A stretch of 64,000 nt of DNA, taken from Tricharina praecox. Its lineage: Eukaryota. The stretch covers positions 186,001-250,000 of the forward strand of contig NW_026250420.1 of the NCBI RefSeq assembly GCF_024521635.1. Direction: 5' to 3'. Each line of letters starts with the position of its first letter. Positions within the stretch are counted from its first letter, which is position 1. Made by a program: the position numbers and the translations under genes. Positions 23,706 through 37,728 of the stretch are shown one piece after another. The notes under the pieces are model-generated. The model saw nothing but the letters and a program-made list of their open reading frames with translations. It was not told the origin of the DNA and ran no database searches.

Positions 23706-26700
23706 GAATGATTTCCCAGACTCCTAGAAGGCTTCTCGGTAAGTAATTATTTCCTCCCTGAGTTTCACGTCTTCGAACGAATCATGGCTAACATGGCAAT
23801 GAGATGTATCACACAGACCAGGTCAGCCCTCACTCAATGCCCGAATGACCCATTGCTACTGGTCTCTTCGATGAGAGTTAACGGTAGATAGGTTACGATC
23901 ATTCCGAAGCCGAGCTGCCACCTTCCAACGGTAATTATTCCAACCCCTACGTCAAGCTAGAGTCATGGCTAACATCAGAATCGAGTGTATAAGTATCGGG
24001 TTAGCTACACCAACCCGAGCACGGCAATGGCTTCTTGCCGGATGACATGTACATTGTTCTGCACGGCAGACATCGCCGCCACCGTCCTTCCCTCCTCATC
24101 CGCCGCCTCGTGGAGTTCCGCTCCTCGACCAACGGAGGTTCCTCGGAATTCCATCTTCACGACGACAGCGGCAAGGTACGCGACCTTAACAGGCCTCCGC
24201 CTCAACCACAGTTGGCAGACTTCAACTTTTGGTTGAGGTGGAAGGATCCTATGGAATAGTACCTCTCCCCTCCCTTCCTGGATCAAAAAATATGTTAATT
24301 TGTCTTTGCAACCAACAGAGGACACGCTTATATCCCAACACCTAGAGGTGGCGCCTCGCCGAATCACAACGGGGCTGGGGTGCTTGCCGGATAACGGCGG
24401 CAGCAGCCCCGGTATGCAAAAGTTCAGCTCTGGGGTTCGCCCAGGACTACTTTGGTCATGGAAGATGGCGAGGAAGAGGATAATGGCGATGTCCTGAGAG
24501 GTGGAGAATGAAATCGTGACGAGGGAGAGAGTGAGATTGTGATGAGGAGGATGGTGAGAGTGTCTGAGAAGGAGGACGGGGAGAGAGGTTGAGGCGATGG
24601 AGAGGAGAACGATGGATTGTTGTGTTGCACCTTGAGCTGTACTGTTGACAGCGGAGGCAACAGCCAAAAGAACCGACAAGGAGGAGAACGATAGATTATT
24701 GTGTTTCACGTTGAACTGTACTGTAGGTGGAGTTGCCAGCTGCCTCATTCTAATCATTTCACTTTGGTTGGAACTCTCGCGTGACATGGATTCGCACTCG
24801 CTCGCTTGCTCACTACCCATCACTCGACTTGGTACTCTACACCCCAGCCCACATGGCAGTCAAAATAACATCACGATCAACAAACGGCATACCTGGCAAG
24901 CTAATATATCCGCTACACCGCACGCTCTCCAAGCATCTACCCAGAGCACCGACGCACACATAGTGTACCTACATTGTGCCGTAGTCTATACATATCCTTC
25001 CCAGCAAGCACCTACTGTTTACTCTAGAGGTGTCTACTCTACCGGCATCTACTCTACTCTGTTCGAGCACGATCGATGCTCCGTGCGTACCTGCGTAACA
25101 GTGGTGGTGGTGGTGGTACTATCTAGAGGTGGATCTGTGCTTGTCGCTCCAGAGACTAGGGACTCGGTACCGACTTTGGCATGCTCGACGGGCAGGCTGG
25201 TGGACTGGTGGGCTGGCGGGCTGGCGGGCTGGCGGGCTGGCGGGCTGGTGGGCTGGTGGGCTGGTGGGCGGAGCGGGGATGGGGGCATCTGCGGATTCCA
25301 CGCACTCCTGGTGCGGAGGTTACCTACGGTACATATTTGTTCGCAGGAGCGTGATGGAACAGCCGGAGGGATTTCGCTACCTACGGTATTCGCAGCAGAC
25401 GCCGTGGAATACCGATATGTACCTGTATTATAGGTAACCGCGGCAGGTACTGGGCAGGCGGGCGGGTAAGAGCCCCGCCTCGACTCGTCTCTATGGGATT
25501 GGCTGCGACTGGCAGGATTGGCTGTGATGCTTCCTGTTGTTTTGCCCCTAAACTGCTGTACGGCTGGTCTCGTTTCGTCTCGCCCCCCGTGGTCTCGAAT
25601 GCTCACTCACTCGCTTGCTGGAAGGATGGCGTCGAGACTCGACACTCGAAATTCGAAAGAGAGGTTTCGGCAGCGATTTCGGCGCGCGTATGTAGGATTG
25701 AGGATTGAGGATTGAGGAGTGATTTCGTTCGGCAGACGGGTAGGTACTCTCACTTTGGTTTCGACTGGTTCGACTGGCTTTGGCTCTGGCCCTGGCTCTG
25801 GCTCGGGATTGGTCGTGGTCAAGTTGTTTACCCTGTGGCGTCGCCGTCGCACGGGGGAGAGCGGATCGATTGGCTGTTCTATTCTGTTCTGTTCGTACTC
25901 TACTCTACATGTCATGTTATCTGTCCCATGGACCGCGGTTCCACTCGCTCACTCGCTCGCTGGGAGATCACCTCCCCCCGGATCCTCGTGATATCCCGTT
26001 TCGCTGGCTGTCAGGACTTAGGGCCTAGGGCCTAGGATTCAGGAGGGAGACTCGAGAGGCGAGAATCGGGTTCGGTAGTGAATTCGGTAGTGGTTTCGGT
26101 AAATAGCGATTTCGGTAAATAGCGATTTCGGTGCGCGTAAATAGGCGTGGTACCGTAGGGTGGGCGGCGAGTCGCCTCTCGCCCTCTGTGGCTTCCAAGT
26201 TCCGCTAGCACATGCTTGGTAGCTATTCGTGGCGACGTGGAGACTCGTCACTCGAGGGAGAAAATCACTCCTCCAAGCTCCCATTCATTGTCCAGTCACT
26301 CAGTGTTCCCGTGATCCTGCGATCCTGTTCGCTGGTGGGGTAAATTATCGTCTCTTCAACGAGTTCGACGGCGTCCATTCACGATCGACGGTGCCCATTC
26401 ACGTCGCCCTTCACATTCAGCTCTCGACGCTCGCCGGTTCCCTGTTCCATTCACGATAGGTACAGTTCTCTACACGGTCTCATGCGGGTGCGTATGACCA
26501 CTCCAGTCTCCATCACTGCTAGCAGTAGAAGTCATTGGTCCCCCGCGCAGATGAGTCAAGCCACCACCCCCCACCCAGTGCTCGATCAGTGCCCACCCAC
26601 CAAAATTTAGAAAACGCGCAATCCATTAATAACCTCCCGAGTGCAGTGTGCATTGCTGTGCACAGCCTGAAGGGACGACTCTTTCAGACTCCAAAATCCA

Positions 26701-28040
26701 AAGTTCGCCGTTCAGGACTGCTGCGCACGTATTGGCTGCCCACCTCAGTTTCCCCATTTCCCCAGTCTCCAGTTCCCCGTCCCAGTTCCCTCTCCCCCCT
26801 CTCTCCCTGAGTCCCTGTGCCTACAATAGTACTCTCGATCTGCGGATTGTGTACTCTATCATACATACTCTACTCTATGTACTCTACTCTGCGGTATGCA
26901 AGTGACCTCCCCACCGCCCAGCCCACCGCCCACAGGACCCGCCCACAGCCCACAGCCTGGCAGCGGGTGGCTTCGCCCCACCGCCCCAGTCCCACACGCC
27001 CGCGACTAAAAATATCGGGCATTTCTTTTAAGTTTGAGTTTGAACTTTGGGGCCTAGGTGCTGCAATGGCGACTGCAATGGAAACTGCACTGGAGACTGC
27101 AACGGGGACTGCAGTGGGCAGGGCGCTGGGCACAGGGCAGAAGGCGCTGGGCAGAAGGCGCTGGGCAGAAGGCGCTGGGCGACCCCCCAGGCCCAAGGGC
27201 CCCCACCGGATTGGACGAGCGTCCGCTGCCGAGCGCTCTCGAAGATCGAGGGACGGGGTGGATGAGGGACGGGGACGGGGACGGGGTCGAGGGACGCGGT
27301 CGCACCGAGATACTTGGAGTTGGGGTTGGAGTAACTCTTCCCCCGGGAAGTTGCATGTTCACGCACTCCACCAACGCACTCCACCGGCGCAGTCCACTGA
27401 GCACGAAGCAGTCCGCCGGAGTACTGAGCACGGAGGGAAGGGAAGGGAGGGGGAAAAGGGTAGCTGCAGTGTGCAGTGGTGACTCGTGAGGCTGGACGGC
27501 CTTGAGCATACCTGGAGTACTGTAGAGTACCTACGCAGCGGAGTCCGAAAGAGTCAAGACATCGTGAAGACATCGTCATCTCCGCTCCGCTCCGAGACAG
27601 GCGGCCACAGTAACAACAACAACGACACTCTGGGAGAGGGCGCGGAGATGGGATGATGAGGAGGAGGAGGAAGGAAGGGACGCGGGACTGCGACTCCGCG
27701 ACTCTGCCACTCTACGAGTCGAATCACCGTTGCAGACGGGCTCACAATCGCGTCGGCCGGTCAGGCGGTAGTTGGATCGCTTGCGAGTATCTCAGTATCT
27801 CTATCTAATCTACATACCCAAGTACATACCCAAGTACCTGATCATGTATCTACCGTTGTCGGGTTGTGGGTTGTCCTGGTTGTCGATGGAAAGCAAGAAG
27901 CAAGAAGCAGGAGTATGTAGACCAAAGGCTGTGCGACTCCGGAGACGCCGAGGAAGAGCTGGGACGCCGAGGAAGAGCTGGGACGCCAGGTCTAGAACCG
28001 AGCATGGACCAGCAGCAACGTAGAGTAGCTACTATGGATA

Positions 28041-28082
28041 CAGCATACAGCATACAGCATACAGCATACAGCATACAGCATA
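28041..28082. repeat. (CAGCATA)6 microsatellite
   Basis: Read directly. Confidence 0.95.
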
Positions 28083-29901
28083 GGTACGGCATAGGTGCGG
28101 CATACAGAATAGGTACGGCATACAGACAGTACGGCATACAGACAGTACGGCATACAGACATGTATGTCGCCGTCCATCTATCCAGCTCCAGCAGCCAGCT
28201 CCAGGATGCAGATAGAGTAGATACAGAGGTAGGGTAGATGGGTCTATTTATGCTTGCCCATGCGCATTGCAACTTGAAGGTTGTGAGCAGCGATCGAGGA
28301 TGGGGATGTGGGGGAGGGGACTGGGAAAAGGACTGGCAAAGGGACTGGGAAAGGCATTGTACATACTCTACTATATTGTGTTCAGCTCCTCTCGGGCACT
28401 GCGCGCAGGTAACTCTGTCCGATCGCAATGCGCATATGTAGACGATGCTCCGTCAAGGCTTGCTCTGTCGGATACCATACGCGCTGCTGGCCCCTGGGAA
28501 GAGACTTCCATGGGGATGTCGGATATGCACCCCCCGAACGAAGGCTACGGTGGGCAATGGGCAATGGGCTTTCGCATCGCTTCATGGGTATCGCCCCCAC
28601 ACGAAACGATTCCGCTGTGCCTGCTTGCCTGCCGTCCACCTTCTATCTCTACATATCCCCGGAGAGCGTATCGTATCAAGCATCCAAGCAAAGCACAGCA
28701 TCCAGACAAAGCATCCAAGTACCTGGGCAAGTACTCTAGATACTCTATCCAAGCACCCAAGCAAAGCAAAGAACCCAAGCAGAAGAACGCCCAAATACCC
28801 AAGCACCAAGCTTTTCATGGTCTCCTAGGCAGTACCCAGTACCCAGTACGATACACCTCATGTATCTATCGCGCAAGTCGATCAACAGATATGTAGACTA
28901 TCGAACTATTGGGACTCTGCGCAGCAGTTCATCGCAAGTTGCAACGAGATTCAGCGCCAACAATCCTCCCACGCCCTCTCCCTGCATCAACTGCGTACCG
29001 TATGTAGCAGCATGATGAACGGTATCGTGCGAAACACCACGGACGCAAGGGGAACATTCCCAGAGTATCGATACCTGTGTAGGAGTGGGGGGTCAGGTTT
29101 GGGTTTGGGTTGAGCGGCGGAGGGGTGGACACCAGTGGCCGGGAGCGGTTGGATCGTGATGGGTGATGGGCGGCACCGGGACTCCGGAGACCCCCTTTTT
29201 TTCTTCCGTTCTGCATTCTGCCCGTTGGCCGTTGGCGGTTCGGAGTTGCTGTTCCGCCGTGTCTCTGGTATCGTCATTTCGGAAGAAGCAGGCAGACCAG
29301 TGAAAGACCAGAGAAGGCCTTGGACGTCTCGTTGGTCGGGACTCTGGTGCGGGGGGATGTTCAGACAAGAGTCCGGTAGGTACCGGAGTACCAGGTTGGT
29401 TGGTAGCCTCGTTCCGGTCCCAACCCAAATCCCCTGATCGCGCTCAAATTAGCACCGTAATCGTTAATCGCGCGCAGCAGCAGCAACGGAGACGAGGCGA
29501 GACGAGGCAAGGCAGAGGGCCGAGAAGCTCCAAGTTGATGCTACATACGGTATGCCATGATACCATGTACTGCAGCGTACCGTAGCATGTGTGGCCCATC
29601 GAAGTTTCCGTCTCCGTGTTGGTCTTCATCTTCCCAGCGCAGATTGGATTGGAGGCTCCCTATTGGGCGGCGGACGTCGAAGGGATGGTCCTTGCTGCCA
29701 CCGAGTGTGGGAATTGAATTATGACAGAACGGGTTGGTCGGAGAGTGACCTGTCGCATTTATTTTCTCGGGTTGAGGTGGGCGGGCGGGCCAGAAGGCGG
29801 TGGCAGCTGTGATTTTCCCGCTTCCTCCACCACATCGCCCACCACCACCACCACCACCTCCCACCTCCACCACCACCCCAACCACATCCACATCCACATC
29901 C

Positions 29902-29960
29902 TCCACCACCACCACCACCACCACCACCACCACCACCACCACCACCACCACCACCACCAC
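29902..29960. repeat. (CCA)~19 microsatellite
   Basis: Read directly. Confidence 0.97.
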
Positions 29961-31368
29961 TGCCACGCTCGCACTAGGGTAGATGCCTCGCAGGCTTCTT
30001 TCGCTCTCCCTCTCGTTTTCGGTGCGCATTACGGTACTCTAGCTACTCGTGGGTCCTCTGGGTACGAATAGTACGCTACATACGGTGCAGATTCCCAACC
30101 AAGACACACACACCCCCCGTCCGATTCCCCTCCCCAACCCAAACCCCATCCCAACCCCAACCCTCCCACCACTCCCATCCATACGTTGCCTACTTCCATA
30201 CCCATTACTACTGTCCAACCCCTGAAGAGGAATAAAGGCTGAGGGGCGGGTTTTATAGACTCTTCGTCTGCCTCCTACCTTACTCCACCTCCTACTGCTA
30301 CTCTTCTCGCCTATCGAGAGAAAGAAAAAAAAAGGATCCACCCCCCCAATCCTCCGAACGAAGAGAATGTCAAGTCAGCATACCAGCGACGGAAATAGTC
30401 AACATCATCGTCTGCGATAGCGTCTGCATAGGAAAAGAAGAAGGAGAAGGAGACCGAGCTTCCGGAAGTAGGCGTGTGTGGAAAGTGAGAGAGCAAGAGA
30501 ATAACACGGTCTTTGTTTCGCGGATTTCACACGGAGAACACTCGTCAACTACGAAGAGAAAAGAGAGAGAGATACCAACCATATCGGTAGTCGATCGACC
30601 TCTGGACGCGACGCATATATATTCGCACCACCCGATCACCGAACTGTACCCGCTCCCCGACCACCCCCCAGACCCACGATCCCTCAGTAGTTCTCTGCAG
30701 CTTCGCCGCCCCCCCGCCGTGCCCACACCACCAAACAACCCCCGGCCCGCCCCATCTGCTACCTTAGCATCTCATCACATAAGAGGATAACGCATTAACA
30801 TAACATAACACTCCATAACATCTCCGCTACTGCCTTCGACCATACCGATCGCTAGCGACAGGTACCGCGCTACAATCGCCAATCCACCCAATCCACCCAA
30901 TCCACCAGTCCACCAGTCCCCCAACCTACCAATCCACCAATCTACCCCGACTTTGGCTGTGGGTCTGTTATTGGTCGCTGCCGCTACTGCTCCTGCCACC
31001 ACTCCTTTCGACCGGCTCCAAAGGGATACTCACGCTCTTTGGCATATCCGCCCCACTTCCCACGACATCCCTAGCGGCCGTTGGAAAAAAGTGGAAGGAT
31101 TCCACCGGAACCCACCACCATCGTCATCTCAGATCATTGTTATCGAACTTGACCCTGCCCCGGAGAGAAAGGGAAAAAAAAGAAAGAAAAAAAGAAAGAA
31201 AAAATAGTTTGAACTAGGTGCCTGGTTAGTCGTCCATCATCGTCCTCCTCGCCGTCGGCCAAGCTATATACCAGACATCCTCGAGCCAGGAAGGAAACAT
31301 TCACTCCCCCCCACCCAATACACCGAATACCCTCCGCCCCAGCCGACGCCGCCTACCACGCAGCCATC

Positions 31369-34300
31369 ATGGCGTCTGACGGTTACAACCTCTCTGAGGC
31401 TTCCTCGATGTCTGATCGGAATCTACCCCTGACTAGTCCCACAATCGACGGCTCGGCATCGCACAGCAAGTCGACGGACAATAGCGACGGCGGATCCGGG
31501 GATGCAGGCTCAGGTGCGCCTAAAACCTCGAAGGTTTCACGGAAACGAACCAAGACTGGCTGTCTAAGTGCGAAACACATCTCATCTCACACACACATAC
31601 ACACTCTCTCTTCCTTCCTTCTGTTGCGGGTTCGAACGTGAAGACCGAGCATTGAAGACTGACTCTGAGTTTTCTCCGATTAGCCTGCCGAAAGCGACGC
31701 ATAAAGTGCGGAGAAGAGCGACCAACATGCGGAAACTGCATCAAGTCGAAACGTGTGTGCGAGGGCTACAACCAGAGGGTCGTGTTCAAGGATGGGATGC
31801 ACGGGTTGTTTCCTCCGCGAGCGATCGGCGCTGCGAACCCGCGCTTCGCGCAGCAATATGTCAACCTGCAGCCCGCTCCACCGGGTCCGCCGCACCTGCA
31901 GCGGCCAATCGCGCCTGCCCCGCCGCTTTTCCGCGACGACGGCATCACTCCGCTGGATCAGACGTTGCCTCCACATCTGAGACAGATCTACGAGGAGCGC
32001 GCTCAGAACCCGCCGACCTACGATGGTCCGAGGATCAACGTGCGCGTGCCGCTGTCGTCGCCCATCCAGCACGAAAGTGAATACCGGTACCAGGAACCGC
32101 TGCCCATATCTCCGGGATATCCGGATCAGCAGTATTCGCCCGAACAATATCAGCATGCTTCGACGTCGGCTGCAGCCGCTTCGTTCGCGATCCAACCCAC
32201 TCACATCAAATCCGAGCACGACTCGGGATCTCTGTTTGGACCTCATCCGTCGTATTCGCCGACTGTGCCGCACCAGCCTCAACAGCAGCAGCAGCAGCAA
32301 CGGCCACAGTATGATGAGCGGTCTAGCAGCGGCACACAGGCGGCGTATTCCCCTACACAATCTAGTGCGTCCTCTACCTCCACAAATAACTGTCCTCTCA
32401 ACATTCCCTTGGACGGGAAATATGCAGAGGCTTCGGGAAGCCGAGGTGCCAGTCATCAATCCAATCACGACTACAGCGATATCTTCAACCAGCGCAGTGA
32501 TCTTCGTAGGTCTTCCCATCCTTCGGCTGCTGCGCCTTCACATTCTTGATATTTCCTTCTTCATTCCTTGCCCACCTTGTTCCCGTACTTCCACCATTTC
32601 GTTTCTCCCCTTGTCGTACGTGCACTCCCAGAAAGACCACATCCCGGTTTGATCGACGTGCGGTTTCACGGCGCCGCATTCGGTAACCGGTGATCGGCAT
32701 CGAGCTTGGTCTTTTTGGGCATCTCATTTCCCCTCCCCCGCCATTCTTCACAATTTCTTATCATGATTCTTGCCTTTGCGTATTCCCCCATTCCTCTCAT
32801 TCCGAATGCATCATGATCCATGACCAACTCAAATCATCCGCTATATTCCTCCGGTCGTATTGTTCCGAGCCCAAACTTACGTTGAAGGCCTCCCGTCGTT
32901 GAAGCGACGCTGACCGTTTATAGCGGAGTCTGGTGTGGGAGGCGGTGGATCCCACCCGGATTACTTCGAGCTGCCAGAGGGGTACGGGCAGTCGGAGGTC
33001 GATCTCGACCAGGAGAGCGAAGATGACATGGACGAAGAAGAAGAGGACGATGGAGAGTACAGGATCGGTGCTCAGGAAGATGGTATGATTATGATGGAGA
33101 CTACAGGTCCTGGTGGGCAGACGATGGGCACGCGGCAGCAAATATCACAGATCCTCGAGCCGTTCTCCCGGCACCTCGACGAGCACTCGCGCATCTCGTT
33201 CCGATCCTTCCTCCCCGAACCCGGGGTACTGGCGACGTACCGCCCCACGCTGTCGTCGAGTCCGCTGATGAACCCCATCACGGCAAAAATATTTTGTCAT
33301 TTCGTTTATGTCCTCGGACCAAGTATGTCCTTATTCGAACGTTATCCTCCAAATCCGCATATCGCGTTTACACCTGGCGCAGGGTTGCATGGTCCGCAAA
33401 ACGTGTGGTCGTATACGGTTCCAATCCTCTCGCTCTCGCATCCGCCGCTCCTCCACGCCATCCTCGCGCTCTCGAGCCTGCACATCTCGAAGCTCACGCA
33501 CGGTCCCAGCGAACCCAGTCTGCTGCACTACCACATCGCACTGCGACGACTCGGAAAAGCCATCGCGAGCGATAGGCATAGAGGACACGTTGCCACTCTG
33601 GCTGCGACCTTGATGCTGGCTTACTACGAGACGATGGCGGCAGAACATGACAAGTGGAGCAGCCACATCCACGGCGCAAAACAGCTGCTTAGAGAGATTG
33701 ATTTCGAAAGGGTAACAAGGCGTGTCGAGCTAATTGACGATGAGGAAGCTAGCGGCGAGGTGCAAGGCGACGCCCAGTATGCAGCTACTCCGGGACGCCC
33801 GTCGATGTTGGCGATGCGGAAGATTAGACGACAGATGATCTCCGAGGACGTCGACGAAACCCTGCAGACGTATCTGATGGGTGGTAAGCGAAGACGAGGA
33901 ACCATCCACAAGTCGAACAAGCGGACGGCGGATAGACCCTTCACGAAGAAGGAGCTCGACAATTTGAAGCTGCAGGCTGACATGTTCTGGTGGTACGCCA
34001 AGATGGATTGCTACCAGTCCTTGTTGAGTGGCTGTCCTCTCGTGTGAGTTCTCGTCCGGTGGATAGTGATTTTCTTTTCTTCGGTGTTTGCTGAGACGTG
34101 CGAAGGCTCGACTACGTTCACTGGGGTCAATGTCCCCCGCGAGCGAGAATAGGGACTCTGGGAACGACGTATGGATCCTCGGATCACTACTTCCTGTTGC
34201 TCGGGCGTCTGTGCGACTTCCAGGTCCGGGATCTGAAGCGAAAGCGGGCCGTGCTGAGGGCCAACGGTGGCACATGGATCCCGCCGCCAGAAATGGGAGG

Positions 34301-35297
34301 TCCCCCACGCGGACGACACGGGCCACCGCCCAACGTCATGCCGCCACAGTCTCCGTATGGTCCTCCACCGGGCCAGTCCAATCACTTGGACGAAATGCAG
34401 TTCGGTATGATCCCAACGCCATCAGGCCAGCCCCGTATGCCGCGGGCATTCCAGCAGGGACTCTCCCCCGAGGAGCAGCAGATTCCCAATCACCACATCC
34501 CAGACCCCCTTCCCGAATCCGACGACCTCGACGCGGCCTACGATGAAGCCGAGCTGGAATGGAACGAGATCAGCAAAGCCTTCGAGGTCCTGCAGAACTC
34601 GCTCGGACCCGAGTACCAACCTCTCGGCATCGACTACATGACTCCCACCTCCTCCACTCCCTTCGGCCCGGCAATCTACTACCGCACTTACTCCATCGCG
34701 TCCCTCCAAATGCTCTACAACATGGCCATGCTGGTCCTCCACCGGTGCCATCCGTCGATGCCGCCGGTGGCGATGATGGCAACCACCATTCAGAGTCGTA
34801 AAACGCACACCCACGCCGTGGACATAGCACGCATCGTCGCCGGCCTCGTACCCACCGACTCCTCGACGCAAATCAACCCCGCCCTCGGCGCCTCCCTGAT
34901 CGAGGCCACGATGCCCATGTTCTTCGCCGCAGTCCAATACGACAACGACGACCAGCGCTCGTGGATCGTCAAGAAGCTGCGGGAGATCAACCGTCTCACG
35001 GGCTGGGCCACCGCGTCGCGCATCCTCCTCGGATGCCAGCGCGCATGGGAGAAGGCGGCCGAGCTCAACGTCGGACCCGTGTACAACCGTCCCCCGTTCG
35101 AGGAGGAGGAGGATATGTTCTACGAATACCAGCAGTACTACGTCGCGCTGCAGAACGGCGCCAGGGAGGAGGAGGAGCTCGACGCCGGTGAACAGAACGG
35201 TGCGGGCGGTGGAAGGTTCCTCTGGAAGGTCGCGGCGAGGAGGACCGTAGATGCGGCGGGTATACTGGGGGATAGGAATGAAGTTACGAGGAGATAA
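31369..35297 (+). CDS. Zn(II)2Cys6 transcription factor with a fungal-specific TF domain (Fungal_trans_2-like), ~1110 aa
   Basis: Exons 31369-31567, 31684-32505, 32924-34043, 34106-35297, all phases consistent. Spliced motif [36 protein letters not shown]. Downstream motifs LLHAILALSSLH and WSSHIHGAKQLL. Confidence 0.95.
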
Positions 35298-36150
35298 AAG
35301 CAGTGGGTGGGGTTCATGACTTACGAGTTGTTTTTTGGCTTTTTGGCTTTTTTTGGTTTTTTTTGTTATTGTTTGCGTTGTTTTGTTTTGTTTTGGTTTT
35401 ATCTGTATTGAGTTGAGTATTTTTGCGGTGTTTTTGACGCGGTGTTTGATCATCTTTGCTACTTGTTTCAAATTGCAACCTGTAGTAGGACTTGATTTTT
35501 TTTCTTTTCTATCATACATATACCCGGGGTTTGGGGGGGCTGGATTGGGGATTGGACTTTCTGGTGGGTTGGGAGGTGATTGGGGCGGGGGCGGGGGAGG
35601 GGGAAGGGGAAGGGGAAGGGGGCGGGGATTTAGGGGGGTGTGCGGAATGTAATGGATTCCTTGAAATCACTGCGTACTCGGGGCGAACGGAGGTTGTGGT
35701 CAAACTCCTGGTCAAACTGCTAGTCTGGTAATGGAGTAAGTGATGTGGTATGACCGTATGATACGGTTTTTGTGGATACAATCACTTGACGTCGAGACCG
35801 GCGTTAAGTAGCGAGTGATAATCGACCATGTAGCCTGCATAAAGTCCTTCCTTTGAATGCCCCCCGGTCAATCGGCGTTGCGGCCTGTGGGACTATTTGG
35901 AGGTGGTAGAATATGTAGCAGTAGAGTAGAGTACCTACCGGCACATAGTTAGCAGCGCTGGATTGCCGGCCGAGTGACTGGTGTGCGAACATGAGCTCCG
36001 CGAGTCGTCTGTTGACACCTCAATCGGCAGAACACATCGTTCACAGCAATGCATTCGTACTTAAAGTACCAAGTTATCCCCTCACCCTACGAAAACTACG
36101 AAGCAAACAAAACGCCAGCTTTTCCCTCTGCCCCTCCACGGTCTCTCCTA

Positions 36151-37728
36151 CTATCTAAGCTTATACACACACGGCTTCATGATCATATCCTCCTTAAGGT
36201 CCTCCTCGATGAACTTCGGTTTCTTGGGCATTCTCCTACCCATGGCAGCACGGCCCTCCATCTCCTCATCCTCCTTGCCACCCGCCTCCGGCGGCTGCTT
36301 TACAAACTCCATGCGGACGAACATCTTATTCTGTCCGTCGACTGCGCCCTTCAGCGTGAACCCGCGCTTCTTGAGTGCGTCGACAAAGTTCATGTAGACC
36401 TTGGGCACGCCGCGTTTCTCGCCGCCCTCCATTTCCGGCTCATCGCCGTCCTCTGCGTCTTCAGTACCCTTTTTGCGGCCGACGGCGTTGGAATTCCCAT
36501 CTGCAGCAGAGGCCTTGCGGTTGAAGCGCGACTTGATCTCGGCGACCCACAGCTCGCCGCGCCACTTGAGGATGCGGTGGGCCTCGTCGACGAACTGCAG
36601 GAAGTTTGTGCCCATGAGCGCGAGGCAGAATATGACGACGTCGACGCTCTCCTTGGGCAGCGGCAGGTTCGCCACGTCCGCTATGGTCACGTCGGGCGTG
36701 CTCGCTTGCAGGTCGAACGAGAGGACCTTGATCTTCTCCTTCAGGCCCTTGCCATGGTTGAACGTGGCGGCGATCTTGGCGTCGCCGCAGCCGAGGTCGG
36801 CCACCGTGCAGATCCCTGTGTCGCGGTCGCGCGGCAGCGGCTGCACGGCCGTTGAGTTTAGCGCGCGGGAGTAGCCTTTTTGGAACTTGATCTTGGAGCG
36901 GTCGCGGAGCGTGTGGATGAACGTGTCGACTGGGTTCGAGGGCCACACGGACACTTGCTGCCGGAAGCCAAGGTGGTACTCCGTGTACATCTCGGGCTGC
37001 GTCGCGAAGAGCTCGAGCGACGAGTTCGACGGCGTCGTGTACAATGTCTCGTTGATGTGCCGGAAGCGCGCGGACGTCAGTTTGGCGCGCATCTTTTGCT
37101 GCAAAGGCGTGAGTTTCGAGGTGTCGACCGCAGCGGGGAAGGTGGGTGCTGGCTTGCGGACGGGTGCGGCGGCGGCGGCAGTAGCAGCAGGAGTACCGGC
37201 GGATAGTGCGTCCAATCCCGCAGAGGCAGCCTTCTTCTCCCGTCTCTTCTCCTTGAGCGTCTTCTTCCTGGGCGGGCCCTGGTCCTCAGCATCATCCTCC
37301 TTCTTCTCCACCACCACCACCTTGCTTTCACCCGTCTTCACATCCCCCTTCTCAGCAGCCTTCTTCTTCCCCCCACTACTCCCCCTCTTCCTCTTCTTCC
37401 CCCCCTCCTTCCCCTCAGCTTCACCGACAATAACCTTCCTCCACAGCGCCTCTACATTATCCGCAGTGACGACCGTGGTCGTGTCACCGGTACCAGTAGC
37501 CTTCTCGATCTCCTTCTTCTCCTTATCGGCCGCCTGCTCGGCCGCCACGCGCGACACCCGCTCGCGCTCCTTGATCTTGGCCGCTACCTCCGGCGTAACG
37601 TCAACACTGTTCGACCCCGTCGCAAAATCCTTCTTCGTCTTCCCCCGCTTCGTCTTTTTCTTCGTCGCGGACGAGTCGATCTGCTCCGCGGGGCCGGTGG
37701 CCAAAGTCCAGCCGGGGACGGCGAACAT
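36151..37728 (-). CDS. RRP8: 25S rRNA adenine-N1 methyltransferase Rrp8
   Basis: Intronless 525 aa. MFAVPGW start, KLTSARFRHINETLYT, YHLGFRQQVSVWPSNPVD, SAM motif ADLGCGDA, FCLALMGTN, LWVAEIKSRF and terminal KPCVYKLR. Confidence 0.97.
   Translation of the reverse strand: MFAVPGWTLATGPAEQIDSSATKKKTKRGKTKKDFATGSNSVDVTPEVAAKIKERERVSRVAAEQAADKEKKEIEKATGTGDTTTVVTADNVEALWRKVIVGEAEGKEGGKKRKRGSSGGKKKAAEKGDVKTGESKVVVVEKKEDDAEDQGPPRKKTLKEKRREKKAASAGLDALSAGTPAATAAAAAPVRKPAPTFPAAVDTSKLTPLQQKMRAKLTSARFRHINETLYTTPSNSSLELFATQPEMYTEYHLGFRQQVSVWPSNPVDTFIHTLRDRSKIKFQKGYSRALNSTAVQPLPRDRDTGICTVADLGCGDAKIAATFNHGKGLKEKIKVLSFDLQASTPDVTIADVANLPLPKESVDVVIFCLALMGTNFLQFVDEAHRILKWRGELWVAEIKSRFNRKASAADGNSNAVGRKKGTEDAEDGDEPEMEGGEKRGVPKVYMNFVDALKKRGFTLKGAVDGQNKMFVRMEFVKQPPEAGGKEDEEMEGRAAMGRRMPKKPKFIEEDLKEDMIMKPCVYKLR

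Larger units (their letters stand above)
20780..24500. pseudogene. Block of heavily decayed gene-like relics (+ ~20800-21160, - ~21700-22450, + ~23500-24500)
   Basis: Coding-like fragments broken by stops and frameshifts, residual intron-like motifs (GTAAGT..GCTAAC at ~23739-23800, GTAATT..GCTAAC at ~23931-23985) and divergent TATA elements. No family recognised. Confidence 0.3.
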
